From Nanobdellota archaeon (lineage in GTDB: Archaea > Nanobdellota > Nanobdellia > Pacearchaeales > GW2011-AR1): a DNA stretch of 58,423 bases. The stretch lies in assembly GCA_018816335.1 (NCBI GenBank), contig JAHIVP010000023.1:1-58423 (forward strand), read 5' to 3'. The stretch's first letter is position 1. Each line of letters begins with the position of its first letter. Positions 18,442-28,388 of this stretch are shown here, piece after piece. Under the pieces are notes generated by a model. That model was not told where the DNA came from, did no database searches, and saw nothing but the letters and a program-made list of their open reading frames with translations. The translations under genes and the position numbers were made by a program.

Positions 18442-19153
18442 ATGACTGCTGATTGTATTCATAGTACCTATAACAAGAGATAGTATAGGAAGACTTTCAA
18501 AACTTTATAGAGATGTTTTTTCTGGCTTCCCGTGGTATGAAGATATGGCTTGCAAAGGATGTAAAGCATTATACACTAACAAATCTATTCCAGAACAGTC
18601 AAGAGATAGAGTTAATCCATTAAGAGATTTAGAAAACTGTGTCAAGTGTGGGGTTCTGTTAGTATCTTATTATCCCGATATAGTTGATCAAACAAAATTA
18701 ATTCAAGAAGCGACAGGTCTTGAGGGATTTATTGGAAATTTGGCTATTGTTGGAGATTTTCCAGTCGGATTTAGTTGGGGATATAGAATGCCTATTGATA
18801 GAACACAGAGTGTAAATTTTCCTTTGATAAGATCTCTTTTTGTTGAAAGAGGAATAAATCCAGAAAAAGCATTTTATGGTGCTGAAACAGGGGTAGTTGA
18901 ACAATATCAAGGTAGAGGAATAGGCTCTGCTTTGGTTTCTAAGAGAATTCTTGAAGCCTCTAAATCAGGACTTGAGTATTTCACATTTAGAACAATTAAT
19001 CCCCAAATGAGAAAAATTATCTCTGATTTATTTTCAGGAAATTCTCCTATTGAATTATTTAACGATCCAGAAACACAAAGTCTGTGGTTTTCTTGGGATT
19101 TTAAAGATTTTAATTGCGAGACTGCTGAGAAGAAAATCCGGGGGTTAAAATGA
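18442..19153 (+). CDS. GNAT acetyltransferase with CxxC..CxxC insert; 5' part out of frame with its ATG
   Basis: GVVEQYQGRGIGSAL acetyl-CoA motif; frame extends upstream through LYRDVFSGFPWYE but the nearest ATG (18442) is 1 nt out of frame. Confidence 0.75.
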
Positions 19154-20010
19154 AAAACATAAAAGTTATTGAGAAAAAAGGAATCTATCCTGGAAAAAAT
19201 GTTGTAGTTTTAGCTGGAGTACATGGAAATGAATCATTTGGAGTGAGAATGTTAGAAAAAGTTATTCCTAACTTAAAAATAGTTAGGGGAAAGGTTAATT
19301 TCATATTTGCAAATTTAGAAGCAATAAAACAAGACAAAAGATTTGTTGAATATAATTTGAATAGATGTTTTTATAAAAATCAACCTGTAAAGATAGTTAA
19401 TACTCTTGAAGGCAAAACAGCAAGAGAAATAATTCCTTATTTAGATGAAGCTGATTTGATGTTAGATGTCCATGCTAGTAATAATCCTGAATCTGTAGAA
19501 TTTGTTATTTGCATGCCCCAAAGTTTTGAATTTGCTAATATACTTCCTTTTGAAAAAGTTAGTTGGAACTGGGACGAGTTTGAACCTGGATCAACAGATT
19601 ATTATATGAATCTTCAAAAGAAAGTCGGAATATGTATAGAGTGTGGTTATACAAAAGATAAAGAAAGTGAGAAGCGAGGAGAAAAAGCATTAATGAATTT
19701 TTTAATTAATTCTGGATCAATTAATGGATATTTTATTGGCTTAAAGAAACAGACTTATTTTAAGATAGTTGATTTGTATAAAAATAAAAATGTGTTTAAA
19801 AAATTTAAGGATTTTGATGATTTTGGAAAATTAAATGACAAAACTTTAATTGGATTTGATGGAGATAAAAAAGTTTATGCTAATGAAGGAGATTTTTTGT
19901 TATTTGTTAAGGATTCTGATAATTTAGGAGATGAGTGTTTTTTAGTTGCTAGAGAGGAAACATTATTAAATAAAGAAAGTTTAAATAAAGAAAAGAGGAA
20001 TGGAGAGTAA
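19150..20010 (+). CDS. Succinylglutamate desuccinylase/aspartoacylase family (M14 zinc hydrolase)
   Basis: AGVHGNE, NLNRCF, LDVH, IECG. Confidence 0.9.
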   Translation: MKNIKVIEKKGIYPGKNVVVLAGVHGNESFGVRMLEKVIPNLKIVRGKVNFIFANLEAIKQDKRFVEYNLNRCFYKNQPVKIVNTLEGKTAREIIPYLDEADLMLDVHASNNPESVEFVICMPQSFEFANILPFEKVSWNWDEFEPGSTDYYMNLQKKVGICIECGYTKDKESEKRGEKALMNFLINSGSINGYFIGLKKQTYFKIVDLYKNKNVFKKFKDFDDFGKLNDKTLIGFDGDKKVYANEGDFLLFVKDSDNLGDECFLVAREETLLNKESLNKEKRNGE

Positions 20011-21163
20011 AATGAAAACAGAAACTGTTAAAGGATTTAGAGATATAGAAAATGCTTCGAAAAGGTTTGAGATAAGGAAGATTATTGAGGAAACTTTCAA
20101 GCTTTATGGTTTTGAGGGTGTTGAGACTCCTGTTGTAGAATATGAAGAGTTTGTTAAAGGAGAGAATTCTGGAGATGATGCTGTGTCTGATATTTTTAAA
20201 TTAGAAGATAAGGGAAAGAGAAAGTTGGCTTTGAGATATGAATTTACTTTTCAGTTGAAGAGACTTGCTAAGAATAAGAAGTTGCCTTGGAAAAGATATC
20301 AGATTGGTGAGGTTTTTAGAGATGAGCCTGTTAAGGCAAATCGATGGAGGCAGTTTACTCAGTGTGATATTGATACAATTGGATCTAGTGTTAGAGATGA
20401 AGCTGAGATTTTGAAGATTGTTTCTGAGTTAATGGATAAGTTAGGAATTAAAGTTGAAATTAATGTTAATAATAGAAAGTTGTTAAATGAGATTATAGAT
20501 GAATTAAAAATTAAAAAGAAAGAACAAGTAATGAGAGAGATAGATAAGCTTGATAAATTAGATGAAAAAGAAGTTAAGGCTAATTTGAAAAAGTATGAAG
20601 CTGAGAAAATTATTGATATATTAAAGAAACCTAAATCTTATTTTAAGAAATATGAATCTTATAATGAAATTGAGGAGTTGGAGAAGTATTGTAAGTTTTA
20701 TAATATTAAAATTAATTTTGTGGCTTTTTTAGTTAGGGGTTTGAGTTATTATAATGGAAGTGTTTTTGAGATAAAGGTTCCAAAGGTTGATGGGAGTGTG
20801 GCGGGAGGAGGAAGTTATTTGGTTAATGGAGTTCAGTCAACTGGAATTGCTTTTGGTTTAGATAGAATTGAGCAACTTGCTAATGTAGAAGTTGATAATA
20901 AAAAAGTTTTAATTATTTCAATTGGAAAAGATAAAGAAACTGTTGAATTAGCTGATAAATTAAGAGGAGAGGGAGTTGCTTGTGTTGTTAGTTTTGATAA
21001 AGTTGGGAAGGCTTTAGAGTATGCTAATTCTTATTCTATTCCTTATGTTGTTTTTGTTGGGGAAGAAGAAGTTAAGAAAAAGAAGTTTAAGTTGAAGGAT
21101 ATGGGAAGTGGAGAGGAGAGTTTTGTAAGTGAAAGAGATATTGGGAAGAAGCTTCGAATTTGA
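20000..21163 (+). CDS. hisS: Histidine--tRNA ligase
   Basis: VKGFRD, LRYEFT, FRDEP..RWRQFTQCD, LVRGLSYYNG, GGG, anticodon-binding domain. Confidence 0.93.
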   Translation: MESKMKTETVKGFRDIENASKRFEIRKIIEETFKLYGFEGVETPVVEYEEFVKGENSGDDAVSDIFKLEDKGKRKLALRYEFTFQLKRLAKNKKLPWKRYQIGEVFRDEPVKANRWRQFTQCDIDTIGSSVRDEAEILKIVSELMDKLGIKVEINVNNRKLLNEIIDELKIKKKEQVMREIDKLDKLDEKEVKANLKKYEAEKIIDILKKPKSYFKKYESYNEIEELEKYCKFYNIKINFVAFLVRGLSYYNGSVFEIKVPKVDGSVAGGGSYLVNGVQSTGIAFGLDRIEQLANVEVDNKKVLIISIGKDKETVELADKLRGEGVACVVSFDKVGKALEYANSYSIPYVVFVGEEEVKKKKFKLKDMGSGEESFVSERDIGKKLRI

Positions 21164-21228
21164 CTTTGTCAAAATTCTTCGCTAAGAAATTATTAATTGA
21201 GAAAAATTTAAAGATAGGTTGTGAGTAT
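21156..21228 (-). repeat. Family A repeat, bulged-T subtype, overlapping the hisS stop
   Basis: GAATTT-GAC-TTT-GTC-A-AAATTC, then TTCGCTAAGAAATTATTAATTG...GATAGGTTGTGAGT. Confidence 0.8.
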
Positions 21229-21348
21229 ATGTAAATATTAAATGATAATGGTTGAAAATTATTGGGTTTATTTATTCAACCAAACATAAATCTCATCAAA
21301 GTGTTTTTGACTATTTTTTATTGTTGAATATCATCTTTATTTGTTTTA

Positions 21349-21804
21349 CTATCTTTCTCTGTCTTCTGTTCTAGATTGACTGCCTTTTAAATCTAAAAAT
21401 TCTGCATCAATATCTGAAGGAATTCCTTTAATTTCTTTTTCTAATTTCCCATCTTTGTATATTTTAGTTGTTACTTTATCTGAGCTTAATCCTCTACTTT
21501 CTTGCACTTGTTTTATATGATTTATTTTTATATGATATGTTGCTACTCTTTTTTCTTTTCCATCTTTTTGTTTTTCATATTTTTTTATTTTAATCCAAGT
21601 TGCAATAGGTGTTGGGATTCTGACACTTTCATATCTTCTTATAACATCTCCGTGATAATCTCCGTGTATTTTGTAGTTTTTTATTGTAAATGGAGCATCA
21701 AGTGTAAAATAAGTTGCTTCTCCTGTTTCTAATCGTGTACATCCAATTGCTAAAATAGTGTTTAATGCTAATCCTACTAATCCTAATTTTCCTTTTTTTC
21801 TCAT
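21349..21804 (-). CDS. Hypothetical secreted/lipoprotein-like protein
   Basis: MRKKGKLGLVGLALNTILAIGC signal with Cys. Confidence 0.6.
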   Translation of the reverse strand: MRKKGKLGLVGLALNTILAIGCTRLETGEATYFTLDAPFTIKNYKIHGDYHGDVIRRYESVRIPTPIATWIKIKKYEKQKDGKEKRVATYHIKINHIKQVQESRGLSSDKVTTKIYKDGKLEKEIKGIPSDIDAEFLDLKGSQSRTEDRER

Positions 21805-21805
21805 T

Positions 21806-22168
21806 TTATTTTCCTGATTTTTCTTTTGCAATTCTCCATAACCAATAATCAAATTGACTTTGATGAACATCTTTTGGTTCTCCACTACTATTTGTTCTTG
21901 AACTGGATTCTACAACTTTGTCAACTTTTAAATCATTATCTTTATCTATATATGATGTGCTTCTTTTTCCTTCTACTACTCTTAACATGTTTGTTGAATA
22001 ACATCTGCTTATTGGATGTCTTGTTCTGAATTCAACATGTGTTTCATCTATTTTTCCTTTAAATTGATATTCACTTCTGCTTTGATTTCTAGGAACACAG
22101 AGAACCATACATCCTTGATATAGTAGAGTTGTTGCAAGAGTTAGTCCTAATAATAATTTTTTAATCAT
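21806..22168 (-). CDS. Hypothetical secreted/lipoprotein-like protein
   Basis: MIKKLLLGLTLATTLLYQGC signal; DKDNDLKVD EF-hand-like loop. Confidence 0.6.
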   Translation of the reverse strand: MIKKLLLGLTLATTLLYQGCMVLCVPRNQSRSEYQFKGKIDETHVEFRTRHPISRCYSTNMLRVVEGKRSTSYIDKDNDLKVDKVVESSSRTNSSGEPKDVHQSQFDYWLWRIAKEKSGK

Positions 22169-22895
22169 TTTTATGTAACCAAATAAAAATTTCTTCAAAG
22201 TGTTTTTCTTGTTGTAATGTGAGATGTTTTTGACAGTCTAAATGAAGAATAGGAAGAAAGCAGGTTATTTTTTCTTCTTTGTCTTTTGCTAGTGTTGAGT
22301 AAGGTATTTTATCATTGTTATGGAGTTTTTTTAGTCTTTGTTTTATTTCTCTAATTCTGTCATGAACACTTATTTGTGTTCTAGGAAGAACAAGGTCTGT
22401 TAGTTTTTTTGCTTGAGTGTCTGTTATTTCTCTTTTTATTCTTCTTGTTTCTGTATTTATTGCTTTATCAAGAGCTGACATTAATTCATTTAGTGTTACT
22501 TTTCTGTATCTTGGGAGAGGGGTTTTGGGGTAGAGTTCTGGTAGTTCATTTTCATCAATTTCTATTCTTTCGTATTCATATTTCTTTTTTTCTTCTTGTC
22601 CAAATAAGATTTCATCTAGTGTTTTGATTTCTTTATTTAGCAATATATCTGATTTTAGTCTTAATAATATCGAGGCTGCTAATAGAATTTTGCTTGAGAT
22701 AAAGAAGTTTGCTTCTTCTAATTCACTTATTTTTTCTAGATATTTTTTTGCTAATAGTCCTAGATCTATGTCCCAAGGGACTAATTGTTCTGTGTTTATT
22801 AGCTCGTAAATCAGAGCTTGCCAGCTTACATCGTCGTTAGTTAGAATATTGTATACTTGATCTTGGTTTAGTCTCTCTTTTTTGTTATCTTCCAT
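22161..22895 (-). CDS. scpA: Segregation/condensation protein A (kleisin)
   Basis: PWDIDL, ASILLRLKS, VTLNELMSAL, FLPILHL...QEKHFEEI. Confidence 0.9.
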   Translation of the reverse strand: MEDNKKERLNQDQVYNILTNDDVSWQALIYELINTEQLVPWDIDLGLLAKKYLEKISELEEANFFISSKILLAASILLRLKSDILLNKEIKTLDEILFGQEEKKKYEYERIEIDENELPELYPKTPLPRYRKVTLNELMSALDKAINTETRRIKREITDTQAKKLTDLVLPRTQISVHDRIREIKQRLKKLHNNDKIPYSTLAKDKEEKITCFLPILHLDCQKHLTLQQEKHFEEIFIWLHKND

Positions 22896-23416
22896 TATAT
22901 ATGTTTGATTACAATCAAATATTTAAAGGTTGATGTGGCTAAATATATACTTTAGAAGAGAGAGGACTATCTAAGGTCATTTGAAAAGTGACGTCATTGT
23001 ACAAGAGTAACATTACCGAAAACTTTAAATAGTATTATAACATCATTTTATTATCACCTCTTTTTTCCCGGGAGAGACTGTTCAGCTACTCTTTTTGATC
23101 GGTTGTTCAGTCTCTTCAAGGGTTTGAAATGTTAAACGAATGTTAGATGATTTCTGATTTTGTTTAGAGGTTTTATGATCTATATAGATAAAAAAGAGTA
23201 AAAATATGATTTGTTCCCGGTCTAAAATTCGGTACGATATAGATGTTATTTACTCTTAAAAAAGTGGTTAGTATGATTTGCAACCAGTCTAAATTCTGGT
23301 ACAGTATGGATATTAGTTGCTTTTTCTTAACATATTTACATCCCTTCTAAATTGGGGCATGGTGGGTATGTTTTGCATTATGATAATTTTTATAAACTCT
23401 GAGATTATTGATAAAT

Positions 23417-23590
23417 ATGGATAATCAAGATAGACCTAAGATTTCAATAATTTCAAGAAGAGAGTTAATTTCTGATACTGCTGGAGAGATACTTGGGAGA
23501 GGACTTGTTGCAGTAAATGCTCTTTATTATCTTGGGATTGTTGCATTAGTTGGAGGTGTTATTGCTTATACATCTGGAGGTGGAAATTAG
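23417..23590 (+). CDS. Small membrane protein (MDNQDR header)
   Basis: C-terminal TM; shares a 52-bp promoter/start block with 24289. Confidence 0.55.
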   Translation: MDNQDRPKISIISRRELISDTAGEILGRGLVAVNALYYLGIVALVGGVIAYTSGGGN

Positions 23591-23773
23591 ATGGAAATCC
23601 AAGAGAGAGATGATAATTCTGTAGGAAGAGAAGATCCAGTAAAACGGGCTTTGGTATTGCCTACCGCAGTTACTTTGATGTATACTGCGCATCATTTAGT
23701 TAATGAATTAGTTCCTGGATATGTTTTGAAAGTTTTAGAAGCGTGCGGTCAAGCTTGTAGTAAATTATCTTGA
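23591..23773 (+). CDS. Small hypothetical protein
   Basis: Abuts the previous stop; GGAGGTGG SD upstream. Confidence 0.5.
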   Translation: MEIQERDDNSVGREDPVKRALVLPTAVTLMYTAHHLVNELVPGYVLKVLEACGQACSKLS

Positions 23774-23842
23774 TTCTTCTAAATTGGGGCACTGTAAGTC
23801 TATTATAATAATTCTTATAAACCCTTAATTTATTAGTTTAAG

Positions 23843-24235
23843 ATGGCAGTTCATACTTTTGAAATAACTCCTGAAGAAGCAAGATTTGATGTTCCTTTAG
23901 AAGTTGTTACAGATAGGATTGCCGAATTCTTGAAAACTACGGATTGTGCTACTGTTAAAGCAGTTGCTCTTAATCTAAGATTTCCTTTAGATCATGAAGG
24001 TTATAGAATTGGAGAAGACGGATCACAAGCTGCTTGGGAATGGGTAGATAAAGTTTATGAATTCCCTACTATTGCAGAGGATAGTCGAGAAAATGGAAAA
24101 AGATTAATTGCTACTCCTGTTAGAGCATTAGAAAAACTATTATATGAAAGAGGATATAATATGATTCATGATCGTGGGGATTATCATGATGGAAAAATTT
24201 GGTTGGATATAGGAAAAAGATTTTCTTTTACTTAG
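23843..24235 (+). CDS. Hypothetical protein
   Basis: 130-aa ORF with own TTATAAA box. Confidence 0.65.
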   Translation: MAVHTFEITPEEARFDVPLEVVTDRIAEFLKTTDCATVKAVALNLRFPLDHEGYRIGEDGSQAAWEWVDKVYEFPTIAEDSRENGKRLIATPVRALEKLLYERGYNMIHDRGDYHDGKIWLDIGKRFSFT

Positions 24236-24288
24236 ACCCTGTGAGCGTACTATAATAATTTTTATAAACTCTGAGATTATTGATAAAT

Positions 24289-24507
24289 ATGGATAATCAA
24301 GATAGAGATGATGATCTTGGATGTGGATTTGTTGATGAAAGAGAAACTCTTGATGCTCTAGCTTGGATTGATTTTAAAAGAAGAGCGAAAAAAGTAATTT
24401 ATGTTGGAGCTGTTGCAGCTGGAGTTTTAGCTATAGGTTATGGTTGTAGTCAGCTTCCTGAAGGAAGTTTTGATAGAATGATGGAAAATATCTCTAGGAT
24501 GTTTTGA
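24289..24507 (+). CDS. Small membrane protein (MDNQDR header)
   Basis: TM VIYVGAVAAGVLAIGYGC; shared header with 23417. Confidence 0.55.
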   Translation: MDNQDRDDDLGCGFVDERETLDALAWIDFKRRAKKVIYVGAVAAGVLAIGYGCSQLPEGSFDRMMENISRMF

Positions 24508-24586
24508 TTAGTTAAGTTATAATTTGGCTCGTTCCACTCACATATATTATCCCCCACCAGTTATTAATTAATTTTAAAAAAAGTTA

Positions 24587-24726
24587 CTATGGGGGGGCTA
24601 TATTCCAAGTTTCTGTTTTTACGTTTGGTCTTTTATCCCACCCTCCTCACCCTATTACCATCGGCTCCGCCGATGAATATATTATGAAAAGACCAAACTT
24701 AATTAATCTGGGATATAGCCTTATAG
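24587..24726. repeat. Nested inverted-repeat element with C-rich loop
   Basis: GGCTATATTCCA/TGGGATATAGCC, GTTTGGTCTTTT/AAAAGACCAAAC, inner CATCGGC-TCC-GCCGATG. Confidence 0.6.
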
Positions 24727-24764
24727 GGGGGTTGGTTTTAATAAAGAGTTTATTTATAATTGGA

Positions 24765-25016
24765 TTACTTAGCTTCTTCTTTCATAAATTCAGTATAGTG
24801 GCATTTACCACAGTAAACTCTTGCTTTGTGTTTTGCTAAGAATGTTCCTGGTCCGCATCTTGGACAGTATTTATCTCTTTTTACTTCATCACCCTCTACT
24901 TTGTAATGTTTGTATTTTTTAGAAGCTGGTTTATTTTTATGAGGTTTTTTCCCTGTTTTTTCTATTTTCTTTTTTACTTCTTTCTTTTCTTCTGTTGGTT
25001 TTTCTTCTTGTGCCAT
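24765..25016 (-). CDS. rps27ae: 30S ribosomal protein S27ae
   Basis: CPRCGPGTFLAKH..YCGKC. Confidence 0.95.
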   Translation of the reverse strand: MAQEEKPTEEKKEVKKKIEKTGKKPHKNKPASKKYKHYKVEGDEVKRDKYCPRCGPGTFLAKHKARVYCGKCHYTEFMKEEAK

Positions 25017-25120
25017 TTTTATTATTATATATCTTTCCTCCACCCTTGAAAATTCGCTTGTTTTTATATTATAGTTTGTAACTCGCGAATTTTGTTATTA
25101 TCTCCCACAACAATTAGATA

Positions 25121-25687
25121 TTATTTAGTGTCCTCCTTATTTTCTTTTACATCAGTATTAGGTTGTTCAGTAGGTTTTTCTTCAGGCTTAGGAGTTTCTT
25201 TTGGTTCTTTTTTTGAAGCTTCCTTTGGTTGTTCAGCTGGTTTTTCTTCTGGTTTAGATTCTTGTTTAGGAGCTTCTACTTCAGGTTTTGTTTGTTCTCC
25301 TTCTGCAGGTTCAGCTTTGAATATATCTTCTAATTTTTTAGTTCCATCTTTTTTTACTATAGTATTAATTTGAGAAGTTTTTTCTGAAATTTGGTTTCCT
25401 CTAACTGTTTTTCTTTTTCTAAAACCTTTCATTGGGATTTTTCTAATTCCAACATCTCCTTTTTTAACAAGTTTTTTAGTTAATTGAGGTGTGTCAATAT
25501 CTATTAATCCTGGGAATCCTGCTGAATCTGATGTTCCTGTTATTTCTAATTCATAACCTACTAGTTTTGTATCAATTTCTTCACCTTTTATGGTTTCACC
25601 TATTTTCTTTCCAACTAGAGAATCTGATTCTATTTCTATTTTGTATGTTTTTCCATCTTTATTTGAGATGTTAATTTTAAAAGCCAT
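25121..25687 (-). CDS. rps6e: 30S ribosomal protein S6e with low-complexity EPK tail
   Basis: GKKIGE..LEITGTSDSAGFP..RKTVRGN..QIN. Confidence 0.95.
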   Translation of the reverse strand: MAFKINISNKDGKTYKIEIESDSLVGKKIGETIKGEEIDTKLVGYELEITGTSDSAGFPGLIDIDTPQLTKKLVKKGDVGIRKIPMKGFRKRKTVRGNQISEKTSQINTIVKKDGTKKLEDIFKAEPAEGEQTKPEVEAPKQESKPEEKPAEQPKEASKKEPKETPKPEEKPTEQPNTDVKENKEDTK

Positions 25688-25797
25688 TCTAATGATATTT
25701 TATTGAAAAGTAGCTTTAAAAAACTTTGGACTCGTTTTTTAACTCATTCTAATCTGTAAATTAGAAGATTTAAAAAGCTTTGTGACTAATATGTTTT

Positions 25798-26172
25798 ATG
25801 GGGTGGTTGTCAATTTTAAATGCGGTTATTCTTTCTTTTTTGTTAGCTGAGCTGATTAGAGTTTTGTTTTTTACTCAGAAATGGAAATTTAGATTTCATA
25901 AAAATCCTAGGCCTATTGAGCATTGGAAAAAGGCTCTTGTTGTTATGCTTCTTTTTGTTTTTATTTTTCCTTTTGTGAATTGGTTTTTTGTTAATTATAT
26001 TTCTTCTATGTTGGATAATTTGGGATTTTATCAGATTTCTTTATTTTTTGTTTTATTTCCTGTAACATATTTATGGATAGATAAATGGATTTTAGGAAGT
26101 GATTGGGAAAATATTGATGTTCTTCCTGTTTTTGTTATTGTTGTTGATTTGATTTTGACTATTATTTTGTAA
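25798..26172 (+). CDS. Membrane protein
   Basis: Four hydrophobic segments. Confidence 0.65.
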   Translation: MGWLSILNAVILSFLLAELIRVLFFTQKWKFRFHKNPRPIEHWKKALVVMLLFVFIFPFVNWFFVNYISSMLDNLGFYQISLFFVLFPVTYLWIDKWILGSDWENIDVLPVFVIVVDLILTIIL

Positions 26173-26211
26173 TTTCACTAAGTTTTAATAATAACAAATC
26201 TTTGTAATTAC

Positions 26212-26895
26212 ATGAATAAAAAAACTAAATTTGGGATTTTTGTAGCTTTTTTATTAGTTTCGATTTTTATTGCTTTTTTTCCTGATTATTTATTTAATTT
26301 ATTAGAGAGTGTTTTGAATTATTATTCTTATAGTCATTTTTTTGGAGCGTTGATTTTTATTTTGATTTTTATTGGTTTGACAACTTTTGCTTTTAGTGTT
26401 AGTCTATTAGTTGTTGCAGGAGCATTCTTTTTTGGTTTTTGGGAAATTTTGATTTATGCTATGATTGGGATTATAGGAAGTTCAAGTATTGTTTTTTATA
26501 TTTCTAAAAGGTTAGGTAGAGATTATGCTAGAGATTATTTTAAGAAGAGAGGGACATTGTTGTGTGATATTGATGGTATAATTGAAAAGAATACTTTTAG
26601 GACAATTACTGTTTTGTCGACGGTATTTTTTGTTCCTCCAATGATTCCTAATCTTTTGGGGGGGATTATTAAGATAAGTTATAAGAAATATTTGTTAGCT
26701 ACTTTTATTGGGAATTTGCCTACTACTTTTTTCACTGTTTTGATTGTAGTTGGTGCTGTAATGTTAGATGAAGTTTATGTTATTTCTGGAATTATTGGAG
26801 TTGTTATGGTTTCTCTTATTGCTTTGTATTTTTATAAGGGGGAGATTCAGTGTTTGTTGAGGTTGAGTTTTCCTTGGGCTTTTCGGAGGAAGTGA
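26212..26895 (+). CDS. DedA/TVP38 (SNARE-associated) membrane protein
   Basis: AGAFFFG..GSSIVFYISKRLG..YLLATFIGNLP. Confidence 0.85.
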   Translation: MNKKTKFGIFVAFLLVSIFIAFFPDYLFNLLESVLNYYSYSHFFGALIFILIFIGLTTFAFSVSLLVVAGAFFFGFWEILIYAMIGIIGSSSIVFYISKRLGRDYARDYFKKRGTLLCDIDGIIEKNTFRTITVLSTVFFVPPMIPNLLGGIIKISYKKYLLATFIGNLPTTFFTVLIVVGAVMLDEVYVISGIIGVVMVSLIALYFYKGEIQCLLRLSFPWAFRRK

Positions 26896-27099
26896 TTTAT
26901 GATAATGGCTCAAATCCTTCTCGTGTTTGCAGTTCGTCGGGGCATATTATTATAGTTTCATAGAACTACAAACGCTCGCCTCTGCTCAGTTTTTCGCTTT
27001 TAGAGAAATTGTTAATCTAAAAAATTCTTGAAGTGTTGAGTTTATAAATAATTAATGTTGGATTATTAGTAATTTTAGATATGAAAAATCTGCTGAAAT

Positions 27100-28299
27100 T
27101 TATTTATTCTCAACAACCAAATAAACTTCGTCATTAACTCTAACTTTATTTGGAAGTTTGATTCCCACATCTTCTCCCTTTTTTATTTCACTTACAGATT
27201 TTCCATCAATTTCCATTGATATTATTTTTGTTTGGATGAAGGTTTCTTTTCCTATTATTAGTATTTCATCTCCGACTTTTAGTTTGCCTGCATTGAGGTG
27301 TATTCCTGCGACTTTTGGTTTGGGCCAGAATTTGAAAACTTTTCCTATGAATTGTTTTGATTGTGTTTGTTCTCCGTGGTCAGATTTTGATAAGTCATCT
27401 GAAGTTGGAGAGTTTATATAAAATCCTAATGAGAAACCACGGTTGTAAACTTTTTCCAGTTCTTTTAATAATTTGTTTATTTCTGATTTTGTTAGTTTTT
27501 TATCTATTGCTTGTCTGTATGCTGATGTTACTGCAAAAACATATTCTGGATCTCTGTTTCTTCCTTCTATTTTGAAACTTGAAACAAAAGGTTTTAGTTT
27601 ATCTATAAATGGGAGTGTGCATAAGTCTTTAGCAGACATGACTTTTGAGTTTTCAAGTTTTAGTTTGTTTCCGTCTTTGTCTGTTATTGTGTATGATTCT
27701 CTGCATGGTTGTTGGCACATTCCTCTGTTTGCTGATTTACAATGAAGAAATTGAGAAGTGAAACAACGTCCTGAATATGAAACACATAAAGCTCCGTGAC
27801 AGAATATTTCTATTGGGATGATTTTTGATAATTGTTTCATTTGCTTTATGTTTAGTTCTCGAGCAGGAATTATTCTTTTTGCTCCTAGTTTTTTATAGAA
27901 CTTAGCTGAATCTTGATTGCTTACTGAAGCTTGTGTTGAAATAAAGAAAGGAATTTTGTATTTTTTACATAGCTGGATTACTGAAGGGTCCCAGCAGATT
28001 ATTGCGTCAACTAATGATTTAGCTTTAGGGATTAGTTTTGAGAGTTTAGGAATTTCGTTTGAGTATATGATTGTATTTAGAGTTAAGTAAAGTTTTACGT
28101 TTGAAGAGGAGCAGACTGAATGAACTTTTTTTAATTCTGTTAATGTGAAGTTTTTTGCTGAATCTCTCATTGAGAATTCTTTTAGGCCTAGATATACTGC
28201 ATCACATCCTGCTTTTATGGCGGCGTGGAGGGTTTGAAAGTTTCCTACTGGGGATAATAATTCAGGGGTTGGAATTTTGTGAGTTTTTTTTATTGACAT
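27100..28299 (-). CDS. U32-family protein (TrhP/RlhA-like)
   Basis: ELLSPVG, DAVYLG, STQAS, HGALCVSYSGRC, NRGMCQQPCR, KIEGR. Confidence 0.93.
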   Translation of the reverse strand: MSIKKTHKIPTPELLSPVGNFQTLHAAIKAGCDAVYLGLKEFSMRDSAKNFTLTELKKVHSVCSSSNVKLYLTLNTIIYSNEIPKLSKLIPKAKSLVDAIICWDPSVIQLCKKYKIPFFISTQASVSNQDSAKFYKKLGAKRIIPARELNIKQMKQLSKIIPIEIFCHGALCVSYSGRCFTSQFLHCKSANRGMCQQPCRESYTITDKDGNKLKLENSKVMSAKDLCTLPFIDKLKPFVSSFKIEGRNRDPEYVFAVTSAYRQAIDKKLTKSEINKLLKELEKVYNRGFSLGFYINSPTSDDLSKSDHGEQTQSKQFIGKVFKFWPKPKVAGIHLNAGKLKVGDEILIIGKETFIQTKIISMEIDGKSVSEIKKGEDVGIKLPNKVRVNDEVYLVVENK

Positions 28300-28388
28300 A
28301 TTCTTTTATTAACCACAAGATTTATATATGTTTTTGATTATATAATAGTATTAATCGCTCGGTGCTGTTTTCGGACAGCACTGGAGCT

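Noticed and set aside
18264-18452. 62-aa ORF
   Set aside because: Lies within tRNA-His and its intron
20000-21163. HisZ rather than HisRS
   Set aside because: It has the C-terminal anticodon-binding domain, and HisG is the long form that needs no HisZ
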